DNA from: Octopus vulgaris
Taxonomy: Eukaryota
DNA length: 64,000 bases
Direction of reading: 5' to 3'
Assembly (NCBI GenBank): GCA_951406725.2
Contig: OX597816.1
Coordinates: 82,398,001-82,462,000, forward strand
Shown: positions 12,430-26,663 of the stretch, piece by piece
How positions within the stretch are numbered: position 1 is the first letter of the stretch
How the letters are laid out: every line of letters starts with the position of its first letter
The notes under the pieces: model-generated
What the model saw: the letters and a program-made list of their open reading frames with translations, nothing else
Told to the model about the DNA's origin: nothing
The model's database searches: none
Made by a program: the position numbers and the translations under genes

Positions 12430-12720
12430 AAATACTCTTATGTCAATCTGGACTGTTTATTATCTAGTTGCTGTTGCGGACCATTTGGTTGCAGTTGTGG
12501 ACCACTTGGCTTTTTAAATGAGTATTTTATCCAAAATTTAAGACTTTGGCATGTGGTCTTTATTGAAAAGGAGCTGGCTAACATTCATAAGTTTCAACCA
12601 CTCCATACAAAGCAATATCACTGGTTTTTATTCTTTGGTGACAAAGAAAATAACAGATGTGTTGAGGTGTTACAGCATACTATTGATAGAGGGTTTAGCA
12701 AAAATAGATGTTATTGAAGA
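12430..12720 (+). mobile_element. Possible highly decayed hAT transposase C-terminal remnant
   Basis: Fragments W…ELANI…/GFYSLVTKK…DVLRC across two frames loosely echo the hAT dimerisation domain; weak. Confidence 0.25.
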
Positions 12721-15383
12721 TAAAGAAAAGAATGAAATATTCTTTTAAATCACACCCTATTTTTCTAGTTATACATATGCATGTAATAATTAACAGTAGA
12801 GTGACAATTATGATATAACATTAGATATGTTTTTTCGCATATAATTACATCCCTCTTTGTACCAAGTAGTAAATATGTCTAGAGATCATTATGAACTTTC
12901 TACAAAATTTGAAGTCCTTTATAATAACGTCAATATCTTTAAGCAGCAACCAGGAGTTATTTATTACTGGTTTTCACAGATACTACAAATATAAAATTAA
13001 TTTAAAAACTACACTAATTTCGGAATACATTTAGTACAGTTACTAGTAAAGAGTTAAAGTCATCTTGAAACTTTTCTTCACAAAAAATCCAGTTTCTGAT
13101 CCCAGCAGCAAAGAATATCCTAATTAACCTTTAATTCAGACATGTAGTTGATAGAGACTCAATCAGAGCAGTTTTCAAATTAAATTTGAGGTAATAAGCC
13201 AGCAAGCTTGCTAAACAGGGGGGGGGGTAATAATTTAAGAATAAATGAATTCAGGTCAAGTATTTTTTTTTCTTAATTATATACACCACATAAAAACTTA
13301 CAATAAGCTCCAACATACAAAAAGAATATTGTTGAGGTCATAAAAATTTATAAACTTCAAGAGAACATGAAATAATTCTATTTTGGAATGATGGATCTTC
13401 AAGCAGATAAAGCTATATTCTTTCTTAATAATAATTTGCAAAAAAAAAAGACCAAAAAAAAATTTTAATTATAATCAGCTCTTAAAAATCAAGAAAAAGC
13501 CTAACAAATATTAAAAGCTTTTGTATTTTAATTTTGATTGAAATTATTACATTAATTGAGAACTCTAATTATCAGTAATTTTATAAAACCTCAAATTTAT
13601 TTTACACATATCTGTGTATGCATGCATTTTTCAAATATATATTTTTTATATCGTTTATTTTCAAAATGTATTTAAAATGAAAATTAAAAAAATAACATTT
13701 CTAAGTTTCAGTGAAATGCATCGAGCAAAATTAGTTTTATTTTCTGGTGGAAATAATGCATTATTTTTGGACAAAACTGTTTACTTCAACCATAATTGTA
13801 TAAAATTTAAAAAAAGAAAAACTATCCAAATCCACACACGCATGGCCAATCATCGTTTGCCTTTTTAATGAACTTGGATTGCTCTTAAGCAGGATAAAAA
13901 AATTATTAGCTACATGCCTAATTTTTGTTTAGATTAATTATTTATACTGATGAAATGATTTTTCAGGTTGCTTTATAAAACACTTCATGATCATCGTTGG
14001 TAAACAATTTCACCATGTTATTTCTTCAGGTTATTAGTTGTCATCAATGGATAGCAAGTTGTAGGTTTTGAAAGGCTTGATTTTTACCCCATATACTTAT
14101 TTGATAGTTTGCTCAACAGGAAAGGATGGAATTTCCATTATATTGGCATGATTTCAACCATAAACATCATCAGTAGTGCAAAAGACAAGTTTGTCAGGGA
14201 TATTCAGATGATGGACATCTAAGTGGTGGGATTACTGAGATGAGCAAAAACTAAAAAATAATATAATTATATAGAACACACATTGTCTTATCAACATGGA
14301 AATTCGAGATCCAAATACACAAATTATAGTTTCCTCATCTAAATTTTAAGTTATTTACAAAGTTATTAAGCTCTAAGTTACAAATACCTTAATGTAAGCC
14401 AAAAATAAAGTGTGTAAATGAATAGCAATAAAAACTATACTGTAATAACCATAAGAATGATCATGCACATTCAAACACATACACATAAATTCTGGAGACA
14501 TTCCAGTACAGCTGAAAAATTTGAAGGAAAAATGAGTTTTAAAAAAAATATTTTGTTAAATATGTCAACTCTTCCAGATATATATCTTAAATTAGCTCAT
14601 AAATTTTAAAAAACTGTATTAGAAACAAGGTGTGAGTAAACAAACATATATAAATTGGAGCAGGCTTGGCTGTCTGGCTAAGAATCTGTTTGCAATTATA
14701 TGCCAATCCCACTACATGGCCCCTGGGGTATGTAAATGCAGCCTGAGATTGACCAATACTTTGTGAATGAAATTGAGTAGATGGGGGTTGTATGGTAGAG
14801 AAAGAGAGATTAGTGGTAAAACTGTCATGTGCACATTCATATGTTTGTATACCAATAAAGAACATGAACATCTGGCCAGAAAGGTAATTGGGATGAGGTA
14901 AAAGAATGGTGACACCCCCTTATCACTTTGATTTGTTTTACTCATATTAGAAACAATATGCTGATGCTAAAATGAATAAATAGAGAGTAAAAAGAAATCT
15001 ATAAGTAGTAGGATGTTCTTAAAGTAGGATTAATCATCACCATTTCCCATCCACTTTTCTATGTTGGCTTGAGTAGGATGGATCTGTAAGGTTTAAGCCA
15101 GTTCTTACTGGATTGGGGAAGATGCCACACATTCTATTTGTTGTCATGGTTTCTACAGATGGATGCCTTTCCTCTCACAAACTACTTGACAAAATGTATA
15201 AGGTATTTTATCATAGCACTAGCACTAGTGAGTGCCTTTTCCCAGGAAAGACTAGAGTCCTTTCTACATTCATTGGCACCAGAAAGGTTATCTAGTCCTT
15301 GATAAGACAAAAGAGACATTATTAGCAGTGAAATAGTCTGGGGTTGGGTTAGAGAGTCTCTTCTACCCTAGAGCAGTCTAGGC

Positions 15384-16819
15384 CATAGCTTCCCAGAGTG
15401 GGCGATATTGCCCACTGGTGGGTGATTTCAATTTACAAATGGGTGATGGGCGAATTTCTACAAAATGGTGGACGATTTGAGATTTGGGTGGGTGATATGA
15501 ACATTTTGTAGGTGACAATGAATTTTTAGAAATTAAATCTGCATTTACTGATATCTAGGCATGCCTAGAATAAGGATGCACTTTTATCGATTTGACCACT
15601 CGCATAAGACATCCATTTGTATTAAAAACGCGGACTTGTTTATCGATCGAATAGTTTTTATCATGCAGTCATTGGGATGGTTATCATGCGTGCTAAAAAT
15701 AGCAGCCAAATAGGCCTAGGCCTTAAATTACACTCCACTGATGGCTGCAAGGTGCAATATCTTTTTTCTTTGTAATATGTTCACAAAATTAAATAAGTTA
15801 TTGCAAGGAAACAGAAAAACTCCTGCTGATTGTAAATCATTTATCACTACCTTCATTTCAAAATTGGTGTTGTATAAGACTAACATTTCAAAATGTCAAT
15901 TCCATCAATTTCCACAACTTGATTCTTTGAAAGATGAGTTAGTTGATGAGGATTTAACTACATATCACAACTATTTGCAATCATTGCATGTTAACATGGT
16001 GGAGCGGTTTTAAGATGTTATTGTGCTGAATATTCCAAATTGGTATAGCAATCCATGTGAGGTCGATGCAGTCGATTGCAAGGATGACATTCAGTAGGAA
16101 TTGATAGAATTACAAAATGACAATGCGATATTGCCATAATGGCAAAGAAGGTTTGTAGTACCATCAGAGAATATTGAATTCCTACCCCAATCTGTGGAAA
16201 CCTCTGAAATTACTTTTGCTTGCCCTCCCTACCTCATACCTGGTTGAATCTGGTTTTTACCATGTTGAAACTTTACTTTCCCATAAAAGAATCGGACGGG
16301 ATGTGACACAACAAGGAGACTTGCGGCTAAAGTTGACAAGTTTGAAACTGAATGTATCTGCACTATCTGCATTGCACCAGACACATGGTTTTCATTAAAA
16401 ATTCTTATTCTTTTCTGTTATAATTCAATCATTAATTATTTTTGCATTGGTAGTTCTGATCAATGGTTCACTTAGAGAAAATGATAATCAGTGTAAAAGA
16501 AAGCGCAAGTTTCCAGAATTTAATCTGTCTGAAAAATATAGATTTAAAGTTAGAATTTTCTTGACACTAATGGCAAAACTAAACCCACAATAAGGTGCTT
16601 GTAAACAACTGCATATTTAGTACAAAATATGCACTAACAGGGCAACGAGTACAATATAGTGGGTGTCAAATGATACTGGGAGTGGGGGTGGGGGGACTAG
16701 GGCATTTTGTGTTGGGGGTTGTGTCAGGGTTTTTTTTTTACACAGGTGGACGATGGAGCCTTTTTTGGCTGTTAGGTGGGCGATATTGCAATTTGGCGTG
16801 AAAAGTTTGTGAAACATTA
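15384..16819 (+). mobile_element. Internally deleted hAT (Charlie-type) DNA transposon
   Basis: 8-bp TSD GTCTAGGC (15376-15383) / ATCTAGGC (16820-16827) resembles the Charlie NTCTAGAN target. Decayed TIRs CATAGCTTCCCAGA … TTTGTGAAACATTA and repeated subterminal GTGGGCGAT-like motifs are present. Confidence 0.88.
15741..16398 (+). pseudogene. hAT transposase C-terminal pseudo-ORF (ZBED5/SCAND3-like family)
   Basis: YPNLWKPLKLLLLALPTSYLVESGF…GDLRLKLTSL…LHQTHGFH matches the hAT C-terminal dimerisation region; interrupted by stops and frameshift. Confidence 0.88.
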
Positions 16820-16899
16820 ATCTAGGCTAAGAAGTCTTACCAGCAACTCAGGATTACCTAAAAAGAACTCTTCTATATTATTTAGATTTTACATTTTTT

Positions 16900-17149
16900 T
16901 CTTTTCTTCTTAAAGCCTGATACTTATTCTATCAATCTTTGCTAAGTTACAGGGACATAAACACACCAACAATGGTAGTCAAAAAGTGGTGGAGAACAAA
17001 CACAGACATACACGTCTTCTTTCAGTTTCCATCGACCAAATCCACTCACAAAGCTTTAATCAGCCTGAGGCTATAGTAGAAGACACTTGCCCAAGGTGCC
17101 ATGCATTGGGACTGAACCCGGAACCATGTGGTTGGGAAGCAGCCATGCC
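16900..17149 (-). mobile_element. tRNA-derived SINE (family A)
   Basis: Reverse strand: cttcccaaccacatggttccgggttcagtccca…gcaccttgggcaagtgtcttctactatagcctc…gtgagtggatttgg; B-box-like GGTTCAGTCCC. Confidence 0.88.
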
Positions 17150-17623
17150 TAACAAATAAATAGATCTAACTGCCAAACTTCAAATAAAGATGTACTAAGC
17201 ACACCTTTTCTTGTGTGACATACCCTTTTAAAACATTTAAATATCTTTAAAACACATCTACTTAAAATACTATAAATATATAAACTTGACAACTAACATT
17301 AAAGCTCATCATAGAAGTTAACACTAATGCTATTTTATTTCATAATAAGAGATCAATAAATAATTATTTCCATATGGTTACAAATTCAAACATTTCTCCA
17401 GCCAATGTAGTGTTGTGCAATATAAATAACTGTTTATATCAACTGGCCTAGCAGACAAAACATTATTTCATATTTCTTGAAATAAGATAATTTATCAAAC
17501 TAAGATGGAAGTGCATCATATTTTCTTCACTGTGGTTTAAAGCACTGTTATTCTAACCTCTCTGAAGCCAAACTTACTTTATCAGTGATGTTTAGAATGT
17601 TTGTTAATCTTTAATACATATAT

Positions 17624-18094
17624 GCTTGTGAAGACCTGTTGAGGCAAGTGAAAATCAAATCAAAACAAATCAAAATAGATGAACATCAATGGAATTTGTA
17701 TCTTTGTGGTACCAGTGCCGGTGGCACACAAGAAAATCATCCGAACGTGGCCGTAGCCAGTACCGCATAGACTGGCCTCCGTGCTTTGGGGACGTAACAA
17801 ACACCATCCGATCGTGGCCGTCCGCCAGCCTCATCTGGCACCTGTGTCGGTGGCACATAAAAACACCATCCGAGCGTGGCCGTCTGCCAGCCTCGTCTGG
17901 CACCTGTGTCGGTGGCACATAAAATCCCCCACTACACTCTCGGAGTGGTTGGCGTTAGGAAGGGCATCCAGCTGTAGAAACACTGCCAGATCTGACTGGC
18001 CTGGTGCAGCCTTCGGGCTCCCCAGACCCCAGTTGAACCGTCCAACCCATGCTAGCATGGAAAACGGACGCTAAATGATGATGATGATGATGAT
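17624..18094 (+). mobile_element. Young RTE-type LINE 3' end with internal ~62-bp tandem repeats and (GAT)n tail
   Basis: Starts at the ORF-terminal gaagacc seen at ~4615; CpG-rich; ends gatgatgatgat. Confidence 0.88.
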
Positions 18095-18220
18095 ACATAT
18101 GCATGCACATTCACACAGATAGGAAAGGGTTTCCAGTATTGCAAGGGATTTAGAAGAGCTTGCAAAACCTCTAGATAGCTCCTGCATTTCCTGCATAGGA
18201 CAAAGCATCTCTGATGTTTA

Positions 18221-18261
<41 letters not shown>

Positions 18262-20549
18262 AAAAAATGGTAAATCTCCAAGTTTTTCAATTATGAAGCA
18301 AAAAATTAGAGAGCTAGTCTAGTTTCAAAAATACTGTCTCTTAAATACCAATATAGTTACAAAATAATTCTTTAAGTTTCCAAAACTCATACAAATTGTT
18401 AAATAAGAAATTAGCTATAAAAGTAATGTTGGGATATAAAAAAAAACTCAGTATAAAATCATTAAAGCATATGTTTCTGCTCTATAATCTACTATGCCTG
18501 TCAGGGTTTCAGCGATGACATAATATCCTCGTGCCTTCTCCAAGTTGGCATGAAGCTTAACATTTCTTATTGTAGAGAAAGAGGAAAATATTAACCAATT
18601 TCCAAAACACCAGGAGGAGAAAACTACATAAAACAGCTGTAGGGTGTTAAAAAGAAATCTGTCACTAATTGAGTTTTACTAACAGTTTTACTCAACCTGA
18701 TGGATTTCTTTACCATACAATCCAAAAGTGTTCATACGAAATGGTAATTACAATGTTCATGACTTTCTTAAGCATATTACTGGTAATATGCCTAAGAAGA
18801 AACAACTGGTAAGCAAAACTGTTGCGAGACTCCACTTATTAAGAACTTACATAGTATTAGAATACCAACAATGGGAAGAGAGAGGGTGCACAAGCACCAA
18901 ACAATGTTGATGGCACAATTAAAAGATTATGTAAGCTTACAAAAATAGAAAATCCATAGCAGAAGCAATAATGTGAAGTAGAACTTAATGCAAGAGAGAA
19001 ATGTATATTCCATTAACTATTTTAAAAATATGAGAACAGGCTTTTATCATTAACTGTAAAGAGATAAAAAGATGTAATGTCCACTGAACAGAACTGGAGA
19101 AAAGAACAAACTGTGTTTTTCAATGCACATGAAAATATGTAAAGTTTACATCTAAAAGCAGATTTTCAAAACATAACACTCTCGCAGACGTTATTTCAAA
19201 GTTTTTTTTAATGCTTACTGAGCGGATAAAGAACCATCACCATCTCTGATGAGTTGCTGAGATGACATTTATAATTATCACATTTTCTATCATCCTTTGC
19301 ATTATTTAAAATATGAATGGTACATTATCTAAATCTCCTCTCACATACATTTGGTATGGGGGAGGGAGAGGGGGATTATCTGTTATGTATTACAGCAACA
19401 TTCCCACACACAATATATACTAAAGTTCAAATTCACTACAACCAAATATGTTACTGTACTTGTTTAAGACAATAAAATAGGATTCTCTGTATCTTAGTTG
19501 ATGTCTGTTAATTTTGTTGTAGACTAGTGCTGGCAAGAAAGTAGATAAAATAATGCTTAGAAACAACCCATATATCAGACTCTAAACATACTTTGTAGCT
19601 AAAACTACAAAAATAAAAGGCGCTATGTTTACCATTTCGTAAATCCTTGGTCAGAAGATAAAAGAGTTTCTTGTTTGTATACTTTCCCAACATGAAAATG
19701 TTAGTGTTCACAAAATCTATGCTGCCAACATCAGCAGTAAAAAATGGGAAAAGTAAAAATATGTAAATATATTTGATTGAAGCACTGGTTTAAATTGATA
19801 GTTCAGGCTCCAAACATTCAGTTAATACCTCTTAAATTAGTTGATACAAAAAGTTATACAAAGTAAACCAAGCTTCAACCAAATGCCATTTCAATTCTTT
19901 ACACATTTAAAATTTATAAATTACCTTTCTTTCTAAGATTTGAAGTAACCTATATTATATGCCAAAATCATGGCAGAAAAAGCATGAAGAACAAGTCTTT
20001 AAAAAAAAATTTGAGTGAAAGAAAAGATTATATACATAACTGAATAGAGAAGATATGGAACTCAAATTCAGATTCATAGCAGAAGTTTTGTCATGGTCCA
20101 GTTTAAAGTTCAGTTCACATTGCCACCAAAAGTTACCTGATTTCTAAAGAATATCATTAGCAATAGAAAGGCATCTTATATAAAGGGAGATTTATTATTC
20201 AATTAATTAAGACAATAAAACTAGAACAATGTACTAGTCCTCAAGGTTCTTGAGACAGTTAAAGATAGGCAAATTTTTTTTTAAATACAAATAAAGATGA
20301 GAGGGAGTATGCTTGATCAGATCATTCTATATTAGTGATGGTGTTGTTCAGACTGAACCTCTGCATGTTGATAGCAATTAGGAAAATATGGACAGACTGT
20401 TAATTTCAAGGGATTGTGAAAGTACAAGGTTTCAAGAGAAGGTCAAAATGGAGCCTGAAGATGATCTTAGAATATATTATTGGAGAAAATTAAAACAAAA
20501 ATAAGTTCAGCAGATGTGATGAAATCTGTCATGTTACAATGCATATAAT

Positions 20550-20750
20550 CTTATTTCTAACACAGGCATAAGACACAAGGCCTAAAATTTAGGAGAGGAG
20601 TATAGTTGATTATATCAACTCCCACATTAGACTTACTTTATTTTATCAAGCTCTGAAAAGATGAAAGGCGAAGTTGACATGAACAGGATTATAACGTGGA
20701 ATGTAAAACATTGAAACAAATAATGCAAAGCATTTTTCTGATGCTTTCAG
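20550..20750 (-). mobile_element. Old SINE remnant (similar fragments near 8770, 49060, 60670, 62040)
   Basis: Shared reverse-strand core gtcaacttcgcctttcatc…gataaaataaagt. Confidence 0.5.
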
Positions 20751-21747
20751 GATTCTGCCACATATAGAAAAAAAGTAACAGTTTTAAACATCAGCCTTAA
20801 CTCAGAACAGCTTACAATGCTAAAACATTGAGGGTATTCACCATAAAAAAAAAAATTCTTTTCATATTTTTGAACATTTACCAAGTTTTTGAGTAATCTA
20901 AGCATCAAACACATTAACAAGGAAGTTATTTCTTTCTTATCTAACAAGGCAAATACAAATAAAGAATAACAATTCCAGTTGGACAATTCTCCATAACTTC
21001 CTTCATATAACTGAATATATTATAAGAGTGTTGCCTGTGTTTATACTCCATAACAATTATTCCTATTATGTCACTGTTAAACGCCATCACTAAGAGGTAT
21101 GCTATCAAAGGGAAGTGGGGTTTCCTTAACGCAAGTTCAGAGCAACCTGAGAGCAGCCAAAATATATTTTTTCACACTTCACTTGAAAATAGCTGAAATA
21201 ACATCTTTTATTTTATGAGAATAGTTATATTTAGCAGTCAGTGTGAAGTCTACAAACACAGTTGTTATGTGAAAATATTCAAGAAATATATTTAAAACAT
21301 TTGCTACCAAGATAAGAGGTATGGAGGTGGGATGGATTAGTAAGTACCAGTTATATATTAAGGTATTCAATTAACTATAACAATACAAAAATTATCCTTG
21401 AGCATTATTAAAATACTAGCTGACCATGTGCAGTCAATAATGACAGCTAATTGTAGTATTTTATATATAGATAGGGTACAAAATGAAGTACATAATAATC
21501 ACATATACAAACATTCACATACTTCCCTTGTCCACATGCACAGATACACACATAGACACACACAGAGTTGAAACGCTGATTTTTTTTTTTTTTACTCCTT
21601 CCTTCCTAATTCATCTATCACCCCTTCTTTTCTTTCACTGCTATTTCTTTCTCTCACACCCTCTCAGTCAGAGCTATTACTCTCACTACTTCTCCTTCAC
21701 TTAATTACTATTTTCACTCCTCCTTCACATCCAACATGATTCTGGAC

Positions 21748-21783
<36 letters not shown>

Positions 21784-21998
21784 AATATCTAAAAACACTA
21801 TGCTCATTATTATATTAGGAGATTTCAAGTGTTACAGAGAACGATGTAAACTGGTTGAAGTCACTCCACATATGTGCAAATGCATGTATGTAAAAGCATC
21901 CTATTCCTATTACCCTTGTAAAAAGAAAGAAAAAAGAAAACACAAAAATTAAAAAAATATTTTAAACTTTGTGATGGTCAAAAACGAAACACTTTTAA

Positions 21999-22213
21999 CC
22001 CTTCAGCATTTAAACAGGCCACATCTGGGCCAAATATTCTATCAGTTTTATGTTCAAACTAGATTTGGCCTCTCATACCTACCCTACAATGTCATTCTAG
22101 AAATAAAAAATCACATCATATCGACATTTAGAAGCTATGAGATAATGCATGATTAATTCAAAACAATGTAAAGTAAGCATCACATTTGACAGAATAATCC
22201 AAATGTTGAAGAG
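21999..22213. mobile_element. piggyBac-like MITE
   Basis: TTAA TSD at 21995-21998 and 22214-22217; TIRs CCCTTCAGCATTT / AAATGTTGAAGAG (11/13). Confidence 0.85.
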
Positions 22214-22458
22214 TTAAAAGGTCTATAATTTTGGACAGTGATAGAGGACTGTAGAAACTAGTGTGTCAGAGAGAGAGAGAGCACGAGAGAGAAAGAAAGA
22301 GAGAGCATGAGAGAGAAAGAAAGAGAGAGAGAAAGATAATATGTAATAGCTTTTCACATTTTTAGTATTGTTGCAGTTTAGTTGTAAGTTAGCCTTGAAT
22401 GTTCAGGCTTGCCAAAGGCTTTTCTGCCAACACCTTCTCATCTTTCCACTTCCTCATA

Positions 22459-22810
22459 CAGGTACATGGCTGTGGTTAAGAAATTCACTTTGTAACCATG
22501 TAGTTTTGGTTCAATCCTCTCGTGCAGCACCAAATTTACTTATAAGATACAGGTTGTCCTGGGTCCGACCAGTGCACTGTAAGTAGATTTGGTGGATGGA
22601 AACAGCAAGAAACCTGCCACACACACACACGTGTGCATGTGCTTGTGCACACACACACATCAATGTTGGCATTCTATGTTACTGCTTGAGTGAAACAATG
22701 ATAATATTGACATTCTGACTGGTTGCCTAAATTTGAGTAAAATAAGGGACTTATTTACAATAACTGCTCATCAAACCTATACATGAGAAAAATGGACATC
22801 AACCAAATGA
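22459..22810 (+). mobile_element. Degenerate SINE (family A head, LINE-like tail)
   Basis: caggtacatggctgtggttaag…ggttcaatcc…gatttggtggatggaaac. Confidence 0.6.
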
Positions 22811-25800
22811 GTGAATGAACACCATCAATGCCTCCAAGTGAGCATCATCATCAGCATTTTACACCTGTTTTCCATGCTGGTAATTATGATTCAGTGCTTA
22901 GTATTTTAACCATATTACTATAAAGTCAAGAGCTTAATTACAAAATGAACATCATCCAAGGCATTGTATCAAAGATTTATATTTTGTTTTTACAATTTTA
23001 CACATAAAGAAACAGATGCTTTCTACATTCTGTAAGGATTGGTACTTAGCACTGCTTTCATGCTTTTAATGATAATCTTCCTCTAAATAGAAGAATGTGA
23101 ATCCATAACAGGTAATATATATTTACAGGTAATCAGGCACTTATTCTCAACACCTAAGTTGACTGATGCATATAAAATTAAAAGTACTACATAAATAATA
23201 CACAGTGAAATGTAGGTCTTGAATTCAAAACCATTGCATGATTTAACAGTCTGATACTATACCCACTTAAATTTATTTCTATAAAGCTTTCAGGTTACAT
23301 TAGAGCATGTGTGTCCCCCCCACCCCAATTATATTGATAGACAAATTTAGAAAAAGTAACTAAACCTAAATAACAGGTTACACCATTTTTGTCATCAACT
23401 ATCATTCCATCCAACTTGTGCAAGCTGGTCGCTATTAAGATAAAGAGATCAAAGCACTCAATCAGTTTTCGTTTTGCATTTTTAAATAGAATTCTCTTTG
23501 CAATAACAGATATAAAGCTTTGTCTAATCTCATTTATCTGTGTGTGGATTGCAAGCTAGATCCACTGGTCAAAGTTATGGACACCAATGACAATTGGTTT
23601 AAAAAAAAAAAATAATGGTTCATAAAACATAAAGCTGATATAGAAACTATCCAAATATAATAAGTACAAAGAATACTTGATAAATTACATAACTTATTGC
23701 AAAGAATAAAATGATTTGTTGTTTCAGAAATAAGGATAAGATAACTTAGCTTTTCAGGGCAAAGCTTCAGTAAAAGATAAATAGATGTGAACTAAATTTA
23801 TTAATGAAATATTCCAATCCCAGCTATAAAAAAAAACCCCAAGTGTTAGGTTTTAATGAACTAAAGATAGACAAAAATAAAACAATATAGAATAAGTTTC
23901 TTAGAAAAATGTTTTACAATATCATGATTAAAATTTGTATTATGTTTATGAAAAGAATTGTCATAAAAAACGCCTGTAACCATATGAATGAATTTCTGAT
24001 AATTTAACCAAGGAGATAAATATCAAAATAACTTTTTAATGGCAACAGAGGTTAATGACTGTTCCTGACTACTTAAGTGTCATGAGCTAAGGGGAAAAAA
24101 ATTCCAAATGAATTCAAAACACTTTAAAAAAATGAAGAGAGAAAGAAAGAAAATCAAAACCACAAATCTGTATCAGTACTTCAGTTATGATAATGATATC
24201 AAACAAAGCAAGCTCCACAATGCAGACTGGTTCATCTCACACACACAGATTGATTCATTCATTTTGCATTCATTTTTTTCATGCTAGCATGGGTTAAATA
24301 TGGTTTTGAGGCATTGCTTTGCAACCAGATGTCATTCCTGGTGCTAATCCTTTCTTGTTCTTCAAGAAAGGGATCTCTTATTCCACATGGCCTCAAAAGA
24401 TGAAGCAAGCAGGTCTATTCATAAGAGAAATGCCAACAAACACCACACAAACGTCATGACTTGCTGTCCAATTAATAGAATTAGCAGTGTTAGCGCACCT
24501 CCACAGATGTGTATCCTTACAAAGGCAGAGTTAGTGTAACAGAAACAGGCTTCCACACAGTCTGCATCCATCCAATTTCACTTATAAACTCCAGGTTGAA
24601 CCAAGGCTAAACTAAAGGGCACCTGCCTGAGATGCCACAAAAGAACTGAACTCATGACAAGGAAGTAGCCTTCTCCACCACTCAATCATCTAATACCTAC
24701 TTAATGTGACACCTATACAATATATATAAACATGTGTGTATGTGTGTGTTTAAGATGTATGCCTTGCAACCAGTCTCACTGCTCAGTATTTTCGGTGTGT
24801 TGTCTTGTGAGTGAATTTGATACACAGGAACTGTAGAGCACCAGTCTCTCTCCCTCTCACACACAAATCATTGTTTTACATCCTCTTTTCCAAGCTGGCA
24901 TAGACTTGATGGCATTGCCACAATCACTCAACAGATATTTCAGTGCAGTTCACTGAAATAGGTTAGATGACATCTTGCTTGTGAGTATCACTTTTGGCTG
25001 AAAGCCTTTCCTAACACCAACCATTTCAGAGTGTACGTTTTTTTCCTTCTTCCCTCCAGAAACACTAGCATAAAGGGAAGTGTCATGCTCACAACACAAT
25101 GAAATGGTCCTCTTAAGCCCACATCACTGTATACTTGCCAACCTCTGTATAGAGTGAGAGGCATGAAAGATAAACAGTGTATAGATAAGTCATAAGAAGA
25201 ATGAATGATAAGGATACTTAGTATTCTGTGGCATTCATACAGTGGAGATAATATGATCAAGAAGAAAATATATAGCAGAAGGAAATATAACCAAGGGGAC
25301 AGAGTGTCAACAAAAGAAGAGCTGGAGTGTATGGTTGAAATAGAGAAAGAGTATAATAGAAGGTAGAGTGGAAGCAGTGATAACAGTCAGTACAGGAAGT
25401 GGGGAAAGTGTTTTGGGCACAATTGGTCCAATTTTGTGTAATCTCTTATAAGACCCTGTGATAGACACAAGAGGTCAAAAGATGGTGGCACTGGGTAATA
25501 AGTAGCTGGGTCCCATACAAGTACATGGGTATGGATGACAGGAGTATGTGTGATAAAGAAATGGGCAGGCATCAGTAGTAGAGTGATTAAGATCTGAGTG
25601 ATGGAGAAAAAGGTACCATGAAGGGGAGGGGAGAGTATGTGTATATGAATGAATGCTGGCATTTTTTCCTCTTAAAAAACAGCATCCAATTGTAAAATCC
25701 TGCTTCAAATAAAACCCCATATAACCCATGCAAGCATGAAAAAAATAGATGAATAAACAAATGAAAATATGCATTTAATATAACATAGTAGCTAAGGGAC

Positions 25801-26663
25801 ATGTCAATGCCTATATACTGAATATGTAGAAAGTATTTTTGTTTCCATTTTTTTGTCTGTATTTTTTAATTGAATGAGTTTTATGCAATTCTTTTTGAAT
25901 ACAATTATATTTGCACATAGACTTTACTGTAATGCAGATATATAACTAAAGTTGAATTTTCCAGTTTCACTCGACAGAGGCAAAAGAGAACCAGTCAATT
26001 AGTAAACTTGTCCTGGAACATTAAAAGTTGGCATCCATCCTTCTTGCATAAAGCTTATAGTACCAAATGAGGTTATTTGAAAGCATAAACATTAAGAGTG
26101 TTAATGATATCTGAATATTTTATAAATAAAATTAAAAGTAAAAGAATTGAAGACTGCATTATTCTCTGTTTTCCATCATATTTGAACTGCATACTAACTT
26201 TTCAAAGACAAAGTTTTTAAATGAGAAATTATAACGACAGTGTTCTAATATATGCTCTCTATAACACTGCCGAGTGAGAGAGTGTGTGCATGTATGTGTG
26301 TGTGTGTGTGAAAGAGAAAGTTTCCATCACCCACATTTCACTTTTAACTATTCACTTTGTTCACTGGGGCTGCAGGTTCAAGTCTAACCAAATGCACTTT
26401 TCTCTAATATGAAAGTAAGGAATGTAGTAGAGTTAAATCTTTAACAACTTAATTCCACTGTAGCAGAATAATATTACAGAAAGATCATGTTTTTCATTTC
26501 TTTTTAGTGTTAAGTTTACTTCTTGATGTGAAAATAAAAATAACAAAATTACTCCAGGTAGTAGTAACAAATGTATAAAAATACAGTTTTCAAAGATTCC
26601 CCACGATAGACTGTAACTTCAACACTACATGTGTGCACTTTACACTGTCTTGAAAAATCAAAC

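Noticed and set aside
14030-14250. Minus-strand acceptor with YGVKI/LSIDD piggyBac-like words
   Set aside because: Stops in all frames, and the motif order is reversed relative to piggyBac transposase.
17670-18074. Overlapping GC-rich ORFs
   Set aside because: They lie in a LINE 3' UTR tandem repeat.
19246-19270. CTGATGAG motifs (also at ~31886 and ~56296)
   Set aside because: No properly placed stem II plus GAAA…UH and no stem I partner; not hammerheads.
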